Source of the DNA: an uncultured Planctomycetota bacterium | GTDB taxonomy: Bacteria > Planctomycetota > Planctomycetia > Isosphaerales > Isosphaeraceae | Direction of reading: 5' to 3' | NCBI GenBank assembly: GCA_963845755.1 | Contig: CAWJTV010000011.1 | Location: 576,001 to 640,000 of the forward strand | DNA: 64,000 nucleotides | In this document: piece by piece, positions 1 through 10,900 of the stretch | How positions within the stretch are numbered: position 1 is the first letter of the stretch | How the letters are laid out: each line of letters begins with the position of its first letter | The notes under the pieces: generated by a model | The model's input: the letters and a program-made list of their open reading frames with translations, nothing else | The model's database searches: none | Told to the model about the DNA's origin: nothing | Position numbers and translations under genes: made by a program

Positions 1-1182
1 AGCCCCGGCCGCGAGCCGGGCCTCGGCGCGCCAGGCGTCGGCCAGCCGGGCGAGGCCGGCGTGGCTGGCCAGGTCGGCGAGGTCGCGCAGGGAGACCGGG
101 TCGTCGCGATGGGTGAGGGCGACGTCGAGGCGCGGCCCCAGCGTCAGGGGGTCGAGCACCTCGCGGATGCGGCCGATGGTCACGGCGGCCTGGAGGGCCT
201 CGGCATCGCGGCGGAGGATCCGCAGGGAACGGGCGATGCACGACCACGATCGCCAGTCCTGGGGCAGCACGGCCACGGCCTTGCGGCAGGCGTCGACCGC
301 CCGATCCGGCCGGCGATTGTATTCCAGGTCCCAGCGGCCGCGGAGCCGCCAGTATCGGGCGTCGCGCGCCGATTCGGGGCCAGGCCAGCCGTCGAGCACA
401 GCCCGGCCGCGATCGGGCTCTCCGGCGTCGGCCAGGGCGGTTGCCAGCGCCTCGCGCGCGCCGAGGTGCTCGGGATGGGCCGACAGGATCGCCTCGAGCT
501 CGGCCAGTCGCGTGTCGCGATCGGGATCGGCCGCGCGCGGTTGCGCCGCGATCCGCTGCGACAACGCCACGCGGGCGTCGATATCGCCGGCATCGGCGTC
601 GATCCAGCGCCGCAATATCGTCCGGGCCCGTTCATCGGTCAAATCGGCGAGCAGGGCCAGGGTCAACTGGCCCAGCAATTCGCGGCGGGACTCGGATGAG
701 ACCCGGTCATACCCCGCCCAGCCCAGCTCCTGGGCCTCGAGCGTCCGGTCCTCGACGCGCAGGATCTCCAGCAAGAGGATCCAGCCCTCGGGTTCGGCCG
801 GATCGGCGGCGACCGCCCGCCGGAGGCTGCGCTCGGCCTGCGCCGACAGGCTCAGACCCAGGCAGGCCCGCGCCTCAGCCAGGTGGGTCGCGCCCGTCGC
901 GGCACTCGTGGCGTTGAGCCTACGCCAGGCGCGCAGCGCCGTCACCCAATCGCCGGCATGGGCCGCCGACTCGGCTTCCGCTCGCAACCGTGCGGGCGAT
1001 TCGGGGAGCAACCCTCCGATCACGAGCACCAGGCCGACGCCCGCGACACACAGGGCCGCCAGGATCCACCGCCGGCGCCCTCGGCCGATCGAACGACCCG
1101 CGCCGGGTCGCGACGCGGCCGGGTTCGGAGCGGCGGGGGCCGGGGCTCGGGAACGGGATCGGCCTGCGGGACGTCGGGGCAT
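1..1182 (-). CDS. TPR-like protein with N-terminal membrane anchor (3' end runs off the window)
   Basis: Not in the ORF track; hand-translated from ATG 1182: MPRRPAGRS...RRWILAALCVAGVGLVLVIGGLL (one TM helix), then helical repeats (AEARACLGL..AQAERSLRRAVAADP..EGWILLLEILR; HLGAREALATALADAGEPDRGRAVL). No stop before position 1. Confidence 0.75.
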   Translation of the reverse strand, partial: MPRRPAGRSRSRAPAPAAPNPAASRPGAGRSIGRGRRRWILAALCVAGVGLVLVIGGLLPESPARLRAEAESAAHAGDWVTALRAWRRLNATSAATGATHLAEARACLGLSLSAQAERSLRRAVAADPAEPEGWILLLEILRVEDRTLEAQELGWAGYDRVSSESRRELLGQLTLALLADLTDERARTILRRWIDADAGDIDARVALSQRIAAQPRAADPDRDTRLAELEAILSAHPEHLGAREALATALADAGEPDRGRAVLDGWPGPESARDARYWRLRGRWDLEYNRRPDRAVDACRKAVAVLPQDWRSWSCIARSLRILRRDAEALQAAVTIGRIREVLDPLTLGPRLDVALTHRDDPVSLRDLADLASHAGLARLADAWRAEARLAAGA

Positions 1183-1280
1183 CGGTGGATCGTCGTGATG
1201 GATGGCGAGTGGCGGGTGAGAGTCCGTTTCCTCACTGACAACCCTTCGCTCGGGAGCACTCGAGGGACCTCTCCCCAGGA

Positions 1281-1304
1281 GTCGCGGCGGTCGACCCGCC
1301 CTAC
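1281..1304 (-). repeat. Single GTAG-type REP-like element
   Basis: gtcgcggcggtcgacccgccctac; the reverse complement begins GTAGGG and is followed by a short GC palindrome; intergenic. Confidence 0.4.
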
Positions 1305-1399
1305 AAAACCTTATGTGCCTTGAGCCCTCCGCGCCAAGGGCAGACAATGGACCGGCGCGAGAAACCCGATCGCCTCGAGAAATCCGATCCAACGAGCCG

Positions 1400-4300
1400 A
1401 TGACCATGAAGACCAACGAACATCCTCGAACAGGATCGAGCCGGGAGCCCGTCGTTCGCCGACCGGACTGGGTCGTCCTGATCGCCGCGATGTCTGCCCT
1501 GATCGCTCCGTCGCGCGCCACGGCGGACGACGAGGCTTTCATCATCACGCCGCCCGGCTTCACCCAACCGGGCCAGGCGAAGACAGCGATAGGTGAGAAG
1601 ACCGCCCGGCTCCGGATCACCGTCCGCGACCGCGCCACCGGCCGGCCGACACCCTGCCGGCTCAACGTCGTCGGGCCTGATGGCAACTTCTACCAGCCTG
1701 CGCCCGGTCCGCTCTCGCCCTACAGCCTGACCGGCCAGTGGCCCAGGACCGGCAAGGGGAACCGCGAGGGCAAGGCGCCGATCCGCTACCTCGGCCGGTT
1801 CTTCTACACGAGCGGAGCAATCGAGGTGGCCGTCCCCGCCGGGACCATGCGTATCGAAGTTTGGAAGGGGTTCGAGTATCGGCCCGTGGCAAAGACCATC
1901 GAGGCGGCCATCGGCCAGACAATCCCGGTTGACCTCGCGATCGATCGCACGGCTGCGATGGCACCGAGCGGGTATCACTCGGGCGACCTGCATCTGCACT
2001 TCCCCCGCAAGACCGAGGCCGACGACCGGGTCATCCTCGACCTGCTGGAAGCCGAGGACATCCAATTCGGTTCGATCCTCGCTTACAACGAACCGGCCGG
2101 ACCGTACAACGGCGTGATGGAAGCCATGGACGCGCCCCAGCTCCGCGGGTTGGGGAAAGCCTCGGTCGTCCGTCGCGGCGAAATCGCAATCGCATCGGGA
2201 CAAGAATATCGAAGCTCGACTTATGGTCATCTCAACCTATTCTGGCGCGATGACCTCGTGCTGAAGAGCCAGCAGGTGGATGCCAACAACTGGCCCCTGT
2301 ATGGCATCCTCGGCCGGGAAACCCGGCAGCACGGCGGCTTCGCCATCCACGCGCACGGCGGTTATGCCCAGGCGATCTATGCCGACTTCGTCCAGAAGGA
2401 CGTCAACGCCGTGGAATTGCTCCAGTTCGGCGTCTATCGCGGGATCGAGCTGACGGACTGGTACCGGATCCTCAACATCGGTTATCGATTTCCGTGCGTC
2501 GGCGCGAGCGACTACCCGGCCTGTCGCTACCTGGCCGATTGCCGGACATACGTCGATCTCGGAGCGAAATTCCTCCCCCCCTTACGGAGGAGGGGCCAGG
2601 GGGGATTGAACCCGCCGGAGCCTTCGACGCCGAGCGCCTCTGATCGGCCGACCCGAACAGTACCCCCCCATACCCCCCCTTCGCAAGGAGGGAGAAAAGG
2701 CGCGGGCGGCCGCGAATCACGGCGTGGCCGCAGACAACGCGTTCGCCGCCTGGCTCAAGGCCGCTGTCGAGGGCCGCAGCTTCGTCACCACGGGTCCGCT
2801 GCTGTTGCTCGAGGTGGATGGCGAACGCCCCGGCGGCATCCTCCGCAAGACCGGACCGGGGCCGCATCGCATGAAGGTGAATGTGCGCGCGGTGTGCGAG
2901 GTCGCGCCGATCCAGACCGTGCAGATCATCGTCAATGGCAAGGTCGTGCACGAGCAGGCCGTGCCGGCGGAGCAGGGCAGGGGGGTCTGGATCGACGTCG
3001 AGCAAACCCTCGACCTGAATCGCTCGTCGTGGATCGCGGCGCGGGCGTTCTCGAAGGCCCCCTCCGGGGCGCCCGACTCCGAGGCTCATACCAACCCGGT
3101 GTACGTCACCTTCGACGACAAGGCCCCCTACGACCAGGATTCGCTCGATCACCTGGTGACGCGGATCGACGAGCAGATCGCCGTGCACCGAAAGCGACGG
3201 TTTGATGAGAAGGCCCGCGTGCTCGATTATTTCCAGAAGTCGCGGGACATCCTGCTGAGGATTCGACGGAATGGCGGACTGCCGGCCGGAGGCGTCCCCG
3301 ACGCCTGGATCGCGGATACCACCGAGTCAATCGACGCCAGCCGGCGGAAGATCGCCGACGATCAGCTCGAGCACTTCCTCCAGGCCGAGCCAGCCGTCAC
3401 ACCACAGGATGCTTTGAAGACGTTCGAGACGGTGGATCGATTCCGCATGGAGCTGGTCGCGGCAGAGCCGATCGTGCAGAGCCCCGTCGCCGCGGCCTTC
3501 GATGCCGACGGTCACCTCTACGTCGCCGAGATGCGGGACTATCCCTACAAGCCCAGGGCCGGTAAGACGCCGCTGGGCACGGTGCGACTGCTGCGCGACA
3601 CCGACGGCGACGGCCGGTTCGACCAGAGCACGGTCTTCGCCGACGGCCTGCTCTGGGCGGCCGGAATTGCGCCGTGGAAGGGGGGCGTCTTCGTCACGGC
3701 GCCGCCGGACATCTGGTACCTGAAAGACACCAACGGCGACTTCCGGGCCGATGTGCGGACGAAGGTCTACACGGGATTCGGCACGCAGAATCAGCAGGCG
3801 ATGGTGAACAACCTGGCCTGGGGCCTCGATCACGTCATCTACGGCGCGGCGTCGGGCAATGGCGGAATGATTCGAGTGGCGGACGATCCCAAAGCGCCGG
3901 GGGTCTCGGTCGAGCACAGCGACTTCCGATTCGACCCGGTGAGTGGGGCGTTCGAACTGGTCTCGGGCAACAACCAGTTCGGCAACACGTTCGATGACTG
4001 GGGGAACCGGTTCACGTGCAATGAGTCGCACCCGCTCTCGCAGCCGGTCTTACCGCGCCGGGAGCTGGCGCGGAACCCGTACCTCGCCGTGCCTTCGGCG
4101 GTCCGGGACATCGCCGGGGGCTCGGTGCCGATCTTCCGGATCAGCCCGGTCGAGCGCTGGCGGCAGATCCGTTCGAGTCGACGGATCGCCTATAGCGAGC
4201 GGCCCACGGGATCGGCGGGAGTGAGCCACCACGTCGTCAACGCCGGCGCAGGCGCGACCGTCTATCGCGGCGGCGCCTACCCGGCGGAGTTCTACGGAAA

Positions 4301-6363
4301 CGTGTTCGTCGGCGACGCCCAGAATAACCTGATCCATCGGAGGATTCTTGTTCCTGATGGGCCAACCTTCCAGGCGGTCCGCGGCCCGCGCGAGCAGGCC
4401 ACGGAGTTCGTCCGCTCGTCGGACAACTGGTTCCGGCCCGTGAACTTCGTGAACGCGCCGGATGGTACGCTCTACGTCCTCGACATGAGCCGTGCGGTCA
4501 TCGAGGCAATTCATATCCCGCTCGACGTGGTCAAGCATCTCGACCTGAAGCGTGGGCGCGATCAGGGCCGGATCTACCGGATTGCGCCGCCGGGGTTCCG
4601 CTATACACGTCCGCCGCGCCTGAGCCAGGCTACGACGATCGAGCTGGTGGCCGCGCTGGCGCGGCCTGACGCCTGGTACCGCGACACGGCGCATCGCCTG
4701 ATCTTCGAACGCCAGGACCCGGCCGCGATCGAGCCGTTACGGAAGCTGTTGAGTCCGGCCAGAGCCGCATTCCCACCGGCACAGGTCAATGCGCTCTGGT
4801 CGCTGGAAGGATTGAAAGCGCTCAGGGATGATGATCTTGCCGTGGTCTTATCAGACCCCGTGCCGGAAGTCCGCGCCCAGGCGGTCGTGCTGGCCGCCGC
4901 GCGGCTCGATCGATCGCGGGCCTTGCTCGAGAAGGTCATGGACCTGGCCATTGACGTCGATTCGCGCGTGCGGTTCCGCGTCGCGCTGGCACTCGGTGAA
5001 ACGAACCGACCCACGTGCCGTATGCCGCTCTGGCGCGGATCGCCCGCATCGGGATGCGGCGAACCGCTGGATCCGCACCGCCGTGCTCAGCTCGTGCGCC
5101 GCGACGGCCGATCGGCTGTTCGTGGACCTCTGGACGAACCAGGCCCCGCCCACACCGGACGTCGCCGAGTTGCTGAAGCCGCTGGTGGAGATCGTCGGCG
5201 CGCGGAACCGACCCGAGGAGATCGGCCGCGTGCTCGATGTGCTGGCGGGCTCACAGGTCGCCTCGGCACTTGCGATGCGAGACGGGCTGGTCCTGTCCTT
5301 GGCCCGAGGCGTGCGGCGTTCGGGCGGACGGATTCCGATCGATCCGAAGTCGGCGCGGCCTGGGGTTGCGATGGTCGCGCGCTCGTTCCAGCGTGCCCGG
5401 GCCTTGACCCACGACGCGCACACGCCCGAGGCGGCACTCCTGACCGCGATCGACATATTGAGCACGCTCGACCCGGACGGATCGCATGCGGATTTGCAGG
5501 AATGGCTCGCACCGCAGCAGCCGCTGTCGGTGCAGGTCGCCGTGGTGCGGGCCATGGCCGAGGGCCGCGCGGCGAACCTGCCCGACATCCTGCTGCCCCG
5601 CCTGCGCACCTTCGAGCCGACGGTCCGCGCGGCGGCCATCCGGACCCTCTTGAGCCGCACCGATTGGACCAGGGCGCTGCTCCGCGCCATCCAGCCCGGC
5701 GCCGCGGGCGGGATCAGCCCCAGCCTGATCGAGCCGTCCGACCGGACGCCGCTGGTGAAGCATCGCGACCCCGAGATCGCCCGGCTGGCCAGGCCGTGTT
5801 CGGCCAGTCCGCAACGGGCTCCCGCGCCCCGAGTCATCGCCGACTACGCCTCGATCCTGCGGACCAAGGGTGACCCCGGCCGCGGTGCCAAGGTGTTCGA
5901 CCGCGAATGCAAGACCTGTCACAAGGTCAGCGACCGCGGATTCGCGCTCGGCCCCGACCTGACCGGCTCACCGTCGAGCGATTCCGCCGCGCTGATGGCC
6001 AACATCCTCGACCCGAATGCCAGCGTCCAGCCTGCGTATCTTCAATACATGGTGATTGACCAGAACGGCCGGACGTATTCAGGCATCATCGCAAATGAGA
6101 CGGCGACCAGCCTGACCCTCCGCCGCGGCGACGGCGCCGAGGACACCATCCTCCGTGCGCAGGTCGCCGAGATGGCCAGCACCGGGCTGTCGCTGATGCC
6201 CGAGGGGATCGAGAAGGCAATCACCAAACCCGAGATGGCCGACCTGATCGCCTTCCTGCGAGCCTCGCATCGCGGCGGCCCGGGAGAAGGGCCGGACGCC
6301 GACGACCGCGCGCGTCCGCTCGATATCGGGACCTTGCCGGGGCTGATCGAGCCGGATCATTGA
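1400..6363 (+). CDS. Secreted fusion: CehA/McbA-like (PHP-type) metallohydrolase + PVC-type heme-binding CxxCH protein (glucose/sorbosone dehydrogenase-like propeller, HEAT repeats, cytochrome c); frameshifted
   Basis: Signal-like N-terminus; SGDLHLH, GQEYR..GHL, HAHGG, GASDYP and GRSFVTTGPLL motifs; then FRMELVAAEP..SPVAAAFD, DTDGDG, SSDNWFRPVNFVNAPDG; C-terminal CKTCH, GPDLTG, SLMPEG. Rebuilt from ORFs 1313..3205, 2724..5873 and 4828..6363, with shifts near 2700, 5010 and 5800. Confidence 0.85.
2570..2697. repeat. Inverted pair of CCCCCCTTACGxAGGGGGG-type REP-like elements inside the metallohydrolase gene
   Basis: ttcctcccccccttacggaggaggggccagggggga ... acccccccataccccccct tcgcaaggagggagaaa; same family as 44281-44370. 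Confidence 0.8.
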
Positions 6364-6403
6364 GGCCGTTGCTCTCGCGGACGACGTGGCGTAGCATGAG
6401 TGT

Positions 6404-6609
6404 ATGCCGACCGTACTCCGAAGCGGGCCGTTCCGATTCTTCCCCTCGTCCCACGCTCCCGCGTGGGAATGCCGTCCCGGACGCTCCGCGTCCCCGTCGG
6501 CGCCGAAGACCGCGACGCAGAGCGTCGACGACGGCATCCCACGCAAGAGCGTGGGAACGAGGGGAGTTCGCCGTCTGACCGCGTGATTGAAGAAGACGGT
6601 CCTGAATTG
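6404..6609 (+). pseudogene. DUF4160-family toxin-antitoxin partner, disrupted by a palindromic element
   Basis: MPTVLRSGPFRFF matches the typical DUF4160 start; it breaks at 6442. A C-terminus-like remnant (RVIEE..PEL) follows the element. It lies directly upstream of DUF2442. Confidence 0.7.
6442..6564. mobile_element. REP/MITE-like palindromic element (CTCGT.CCCACGCTC..CGTGGGAA family)
   Basis: Terminal inverted arms cccctcgtcccacgctcccgcgtgggaatgccgtc / gacggcatcccacgcaagagcgtgggaacgagggg, with inner inverted pair gacgctccgcgtc / gacgcagagcgtc. Confidence 0.85.
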
Positions 6610-7023
6610 GGGGCTGATTCCGCGGTTGAAAGCCGGGTCGCCTTGGCCACCGGCGTGATGGTCAGCGAGGATACTCTCTCCGTGGAGCTAGCCGACGGCC
6701 GCACCATCGCCGCACCGCTGGCCTGGTATCCACGCCTGTCGCATGCCACAGCCGAGGAGCGGAATTCCTGGCGGCTAATCGCCAACGGCCAGGGAGTCCA
6801 CTGGCCAGCCCTCGATGAAGACATCAGCCTCGTCAATCTCCTCGCGGGTCAACCCTCGGCCGAAAGCCAGAGTTCGTTCAAGAAATGGCTCGCGAGCCGG
6901 GCCAAACCACGCCCCGGAACAAAGTGGCCGAGAGCCTACATCACGTCAGTGGTGGCTTCTCGAGGAATCCGATGCGGTAGATCCGAGGAACCGAACGCGG
7001 TGAGCACAGTTAGACGCCGTTAA
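6583..7023 (+). CDS. DUF2442 domain protein (partner of DUF4160); start uncertain
   Basis: DTLSVELADGRTIAAPLAWYPRLSHAT.EERNSWRLIANGQGVHWPALDEDIS..NLLAGQPSAES is the characteristic family signature. Confidence 0.85.
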   Translation: MIEEDGPELGADSAVESRVALATGVMVSEDTLSVELADGRTIAAPLAWYPRLSHATAEERNSWRLIANGQGVHWPALDEDISLVNLLAGQPSAESQSSFKKWLASRAKPRPGTKWPRAYITSVVASRGIRCGRSEEPNAVSTVRRR

Positions 7024-7040
7024 GTACCGGCGAGGAAAGG

Positions 7041-7617
7041 ATGGGACACACCATGGAGATGGAGCGGTTCGAGGCGGAGATCAAGGATCTCTCCCAGCGC
7101 GTCAGCAAACTGGAGCCCGGACGAAAGGGATGGCGGGTCGCTCGCCGCAACCGAGGCCTGCCGATCCTTCGACACATCATCAGGGTTCCGAGGACCCGGC
7201 AGGACAAGGGCAACCCACCGACTGGCCTGGGCTCGAGACGATCGAATTCCGATCGGTCGCGGCCTTCGAGCAGGATCTCGAAAGGCTCGACGCACCGCGA
7301 GCACCAACGTGTCATCGAGACCATCAATGCCAAGTCGCCGCTCTGGCTGAAGGATCGTCGGAGAGCGGAGAAGGAGTTCCTTCGTCCGTTCGTCTTCCGG
7401 CTTCGCGGTGGACTGGAATCGTCGCTGTATGACGATTCCGGCTGGAAAGGCGCAGAGGAATCATCCTGGCGGTGGATGACGATCCCATCTTCGGCCAGGT
7501 GATTGTTACCCTGTGAGGGTCGTGACGAAGCGTGTCAGAAAGGCGGCATACGACGAGCTTGCAGAGCTGCTGTATCCTGGACAAGTCCTCGAAGTTCAGA
7601 AGCTGGAAGGTCAATGA
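7041..7617 (+). CDS. Hypothetical protein with N-terminal coiled coil and RelE/ParE-like C-terminal domain; frameshifted
   Basis: Rebuilt across about 4 shifts: MEMERFEAEIKDLSQRVSKLE...IEFRSVAAFEQDLERLD..EHQRVIETIN...GGLESSLY...IILAVDDDPIFGQVIVTL.RVV...AYDELAELLYP...EGQ*. Its TGA (7615-7617) abuts the next ATG. The RelE-like fold is inferred. Confidence 0.6.
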
Positions 7618-7958
7618 ATGGCCAGGATCAAATGCTTGAAGGACGAGTACGGGATCATCCGAGAGGCCGCGAAGATTCTACCTGATGATGCCTTGAAGGC
7701 TGCCTTCCCCGATGCGCTCGGCGAACTCGAGGACAATGATTGTTATGTGAAGAAGTCGTTCCCTCAGACCCGGCTGCACCGGATTACTGGGATCAAGCAG
7801 GCCATCTTTCGTGCCGACATCGACAGGATTTCGGGCTGGAGGTTGCACCTGCAGATGGGCAAGGATACTTGCATCCATCTCAAGGATATCATCGAGGGTC
7901 AGAAGCACGATGACGTGGTTCAGGTGATCAAGGCCAAGAAAGAGCCTCTCCAAGATAG
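7618..7958 (+). CDS. Hypothetical RelE/ParE-like protein of about 110 aa (as sequenced it reads in frame into the CHAT gene)
   Basis: MARIKCLKDEY...TRLHRITGIKQAIFRADIDRISGWRLHLQMGKDTCIHLKDIIEGQKHDDV; out-of-frame TAG at 7956-7958; looks lower in GC than the flanks. Confidence 0.55.
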
Positions 7959-7998
7959 AATATGCACTCAGCCTCCTCGTTTATCGGGCGAATCCCCC

Positions 7999-10900
7999 AT
8001 GAACGAACTCCGCGTCCTCTTCACCCCTGACAAAGACAAGGGCTATCTCGCCCACCTCGCCGATGCCGGCGACAACAAACTGGGCGTCGAAGTCCCGTTC
8101 ACACCCTTCCTGACCGAGGACGATTACGAGAACCTGTGCTGGTACCTGGAAGAGTACATGGACCTGCCCGACGGCGGCGCGGTCACCCGGGCGCGGGGCA
8201 TCGAAAAAGACCTCGACCGCTGGGGCCACACGCTGCACGACGCCCTGTTCGCCGCCAGGGAGAACCGCGACCTGCTGAAGAGCCTCCTCGCCGCTTCAGA
8301 GCCGCGCGAGCTGACCCTGGCCACCCAGGACCCGATGCTGCTGCGGCTCCCCTGGGAGCTGATGGCCGACGGCGCGGGCCGGCTGGCGCAACGGGTGTCC
8401 GTGCGCCGGCAGTTGGAAGAACCGGAGAAATCCGCGACGGTCGCGGCCAAGCTTCCCCTGCGGATCCACTACATCGTCAGCCGGCCGACCGATGCGGGCT
8501 TCATCGATCCCCGGTTCACCACCAAGGCACTCTTCGACGCGCTCGACCCGCTCGGGGGCAGCGTGCGGGTGGATTTCTGCCGCCCGCCCACCGTGGCGCG
8601 CATGGAGGAGCTGCTCCGCGACGGCCAGCATGCCAGCGACCCGTACGACCTCGTCCACTTCGACGGCCATGGCACGTTCTTGCCGCATTCGCAGATCGGC
8701 GCATTGTGTTTCGAGCAACCCGACGATGGTTCGGACGTCTCGAAGACCGACCTCGTCGAGGCCGAGCGGCTGGGCAACCTCCTGGCGAAGTATCGGGTTC
8801 GTCTCGTCGTGCTGGAGGCATGCCGTAGCGGCACTGTGGGGAAGTCCGCCGTCTTCCGTTCGGTCGCACCCAGGTTGATCAAGGCGGGCGTAAGCAGCGT
8901 GCTCTCGATGAGCCATGCCGTCCACGTCGAGGCTGCAAGACTGCTGCTCGACCGCTTCTACCGCGAACTGGTGCGCGGGACCACCATCGGCCATGCCGTG
9001 GCCCAGGCCCGCGGCGCCTCGACGTCCACCCCAGCCCGCTGGCTGGAATCCGGTCCGGGAGCCTTGACCATCACCCTGGCGGACTGGTTCCTGCCCCACC
9101 TCTACCAGCGCGGTGTGGATGATGCACTCGTCCCGCCCGATGCCGCCGAACAGCCGCCCGTGCGAGAGTTCGACATCTTCCTCAGCCACAATCACAACGA
9201 CTCGGACCGCGTCGAGGCGCTCGCCCGCTTACTTGTGGAAACGCACGGCCTGCGAGTCTGGCTCGACAAGTGGGAGTGCGGGCCTGGCGGACTAGAGCCG
9301 CAATGCGAGATCGGTATCAAGAACAGCCGTTTCACGGTTGTCGTCACCTCGCAGGACGCCCTTAAGTCGAGGTGGGTGCGGTGGGAAATCAAGAAGCACA
9401 ACCAGCTCAATCCCGATGGCGACCGCCTCATCCCGGTCAAATTTGAGCCGCTGAAACTTCCGCCCAAGTTGGATGGTCTGCTCTGGGTGGACTTCACCGA
9501 TCCCGCCCGTGACGTCGACAACGCCGCGATCCTCGCCCGGCTCATCCGCAGTGCCGACGCCGAGGACGCCCGTCGCCGTCGCAGGTTCCGCAGCCCGGCA
9601 CAGCGGCCCGAGGAACCCGGCCGATTCCCACCGCCGCCGCAATACAGTTTCCACGGCCGGGCGCGGGAGCTCCACATTTTGGAGCGACGATTCCGCACCG
9701 AGCGCGGCATCGTGCTGCATGCCATGGGCGGAATGGGCAAGACCGCGCTGGCCACCGAGGCAGCCCACTGGTGGACGCGCAGCGGCCTGTTCCACGATGG
9801 CGCCTGCTTCCTCAGCTTCGAGCAATTCGCCAGCGCCGACCGCGTGATGCAAGTCCTCGGCACCTACCTCGCCGGGCCGAAGTTCGAGCAGCTCCCCGCC
9901 GTCGAGCAGCGCCGCCGAGCCATCGAGCTGTTCCAGCAACACGCCGTGCTCATGGTCTGGGACAACTTCGAGAGCGCCCTGCCGGAGTTCGAAGACCCGG
10001 CCAGCCCCTACACCGACGACGAGCGCCGCCGCCTCGCCGAGCTGTTCCGCGACCTCACCACCGGCGAAGGCCAGGGCCGACTGCTTGTCACCTGCCGGCC
10101 CGGCGACACCGGCCTGCCCGGGGCCGGACGATACGAACTCCACGGCCTCGAACCCGCCGACAGCCTGTGGCTGCTGTCGCACATCCTGAAACGCGATGGC
10201 CTGACCTTCAACGATCCCCGGTTCGCCCGCGACCGGCTCGATCCCCTGCTGCGCGATCTGGCACACCATCCACACTCACTCGAGCTCGTTGGCCCGTACC
10301 TGCGCATCGCTCACGCCGGAGGCTATCCGGGCCGACCTCGGTAAGATCGTGGCGGAGGCCAAGCAGGATGCGCCGGAGGGCCGCAACCAATCGCTGTTCG
10401 CCTCCCTGGAGTTCTCCCGCCGCCATCTCAGCCCCGCCGCCCGCGCGGCGCTCCCCTGGCTCGGCCTGTTCCGCGGCGGGGTGTTTGAGATCAATCTGCT
10501 CGACGTGAGCCAGCTCGACCCGGCCGCCTGGGAATCCATCCGCCGGGAGCTGCAAGCCATCGCCCTGGTGCGGCCGGAGGACGACATCCAGATCACCGGC
10601 CGCCTTTTTCTGCGTTTCCACCCCACCCTCGCCTCCGCCGCGGCCGACGCCGCCCTGGCGCAGCAGCCCGAGACCCGCCGGCGCTTCATCGACGTCTATT
10701 ATGCCCTCAAGCGGGCGCTGGACCAGGCACTGAACGGCTCCCAATCGCGTACTGCGCTGGCAATCCTGGACCGCGAGGAGGCGAACTACCGCACCGCCGT
10801 CCACTGGGCCTTGGCCGATCGGCAATTCCGGGCCGCCGCGGCGCTGGGCGACACGTTTCGCGACTATCTGCAAATGTCCGGCCGCCTCCGCGAACGCGAT

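Noticed and set aside
6930..7030. Integron attC site (GTTAGAC at 7009)
   Set aside because: No convincing complementary RYYYAAC box or L boxes upstream, and no integrase in the window.
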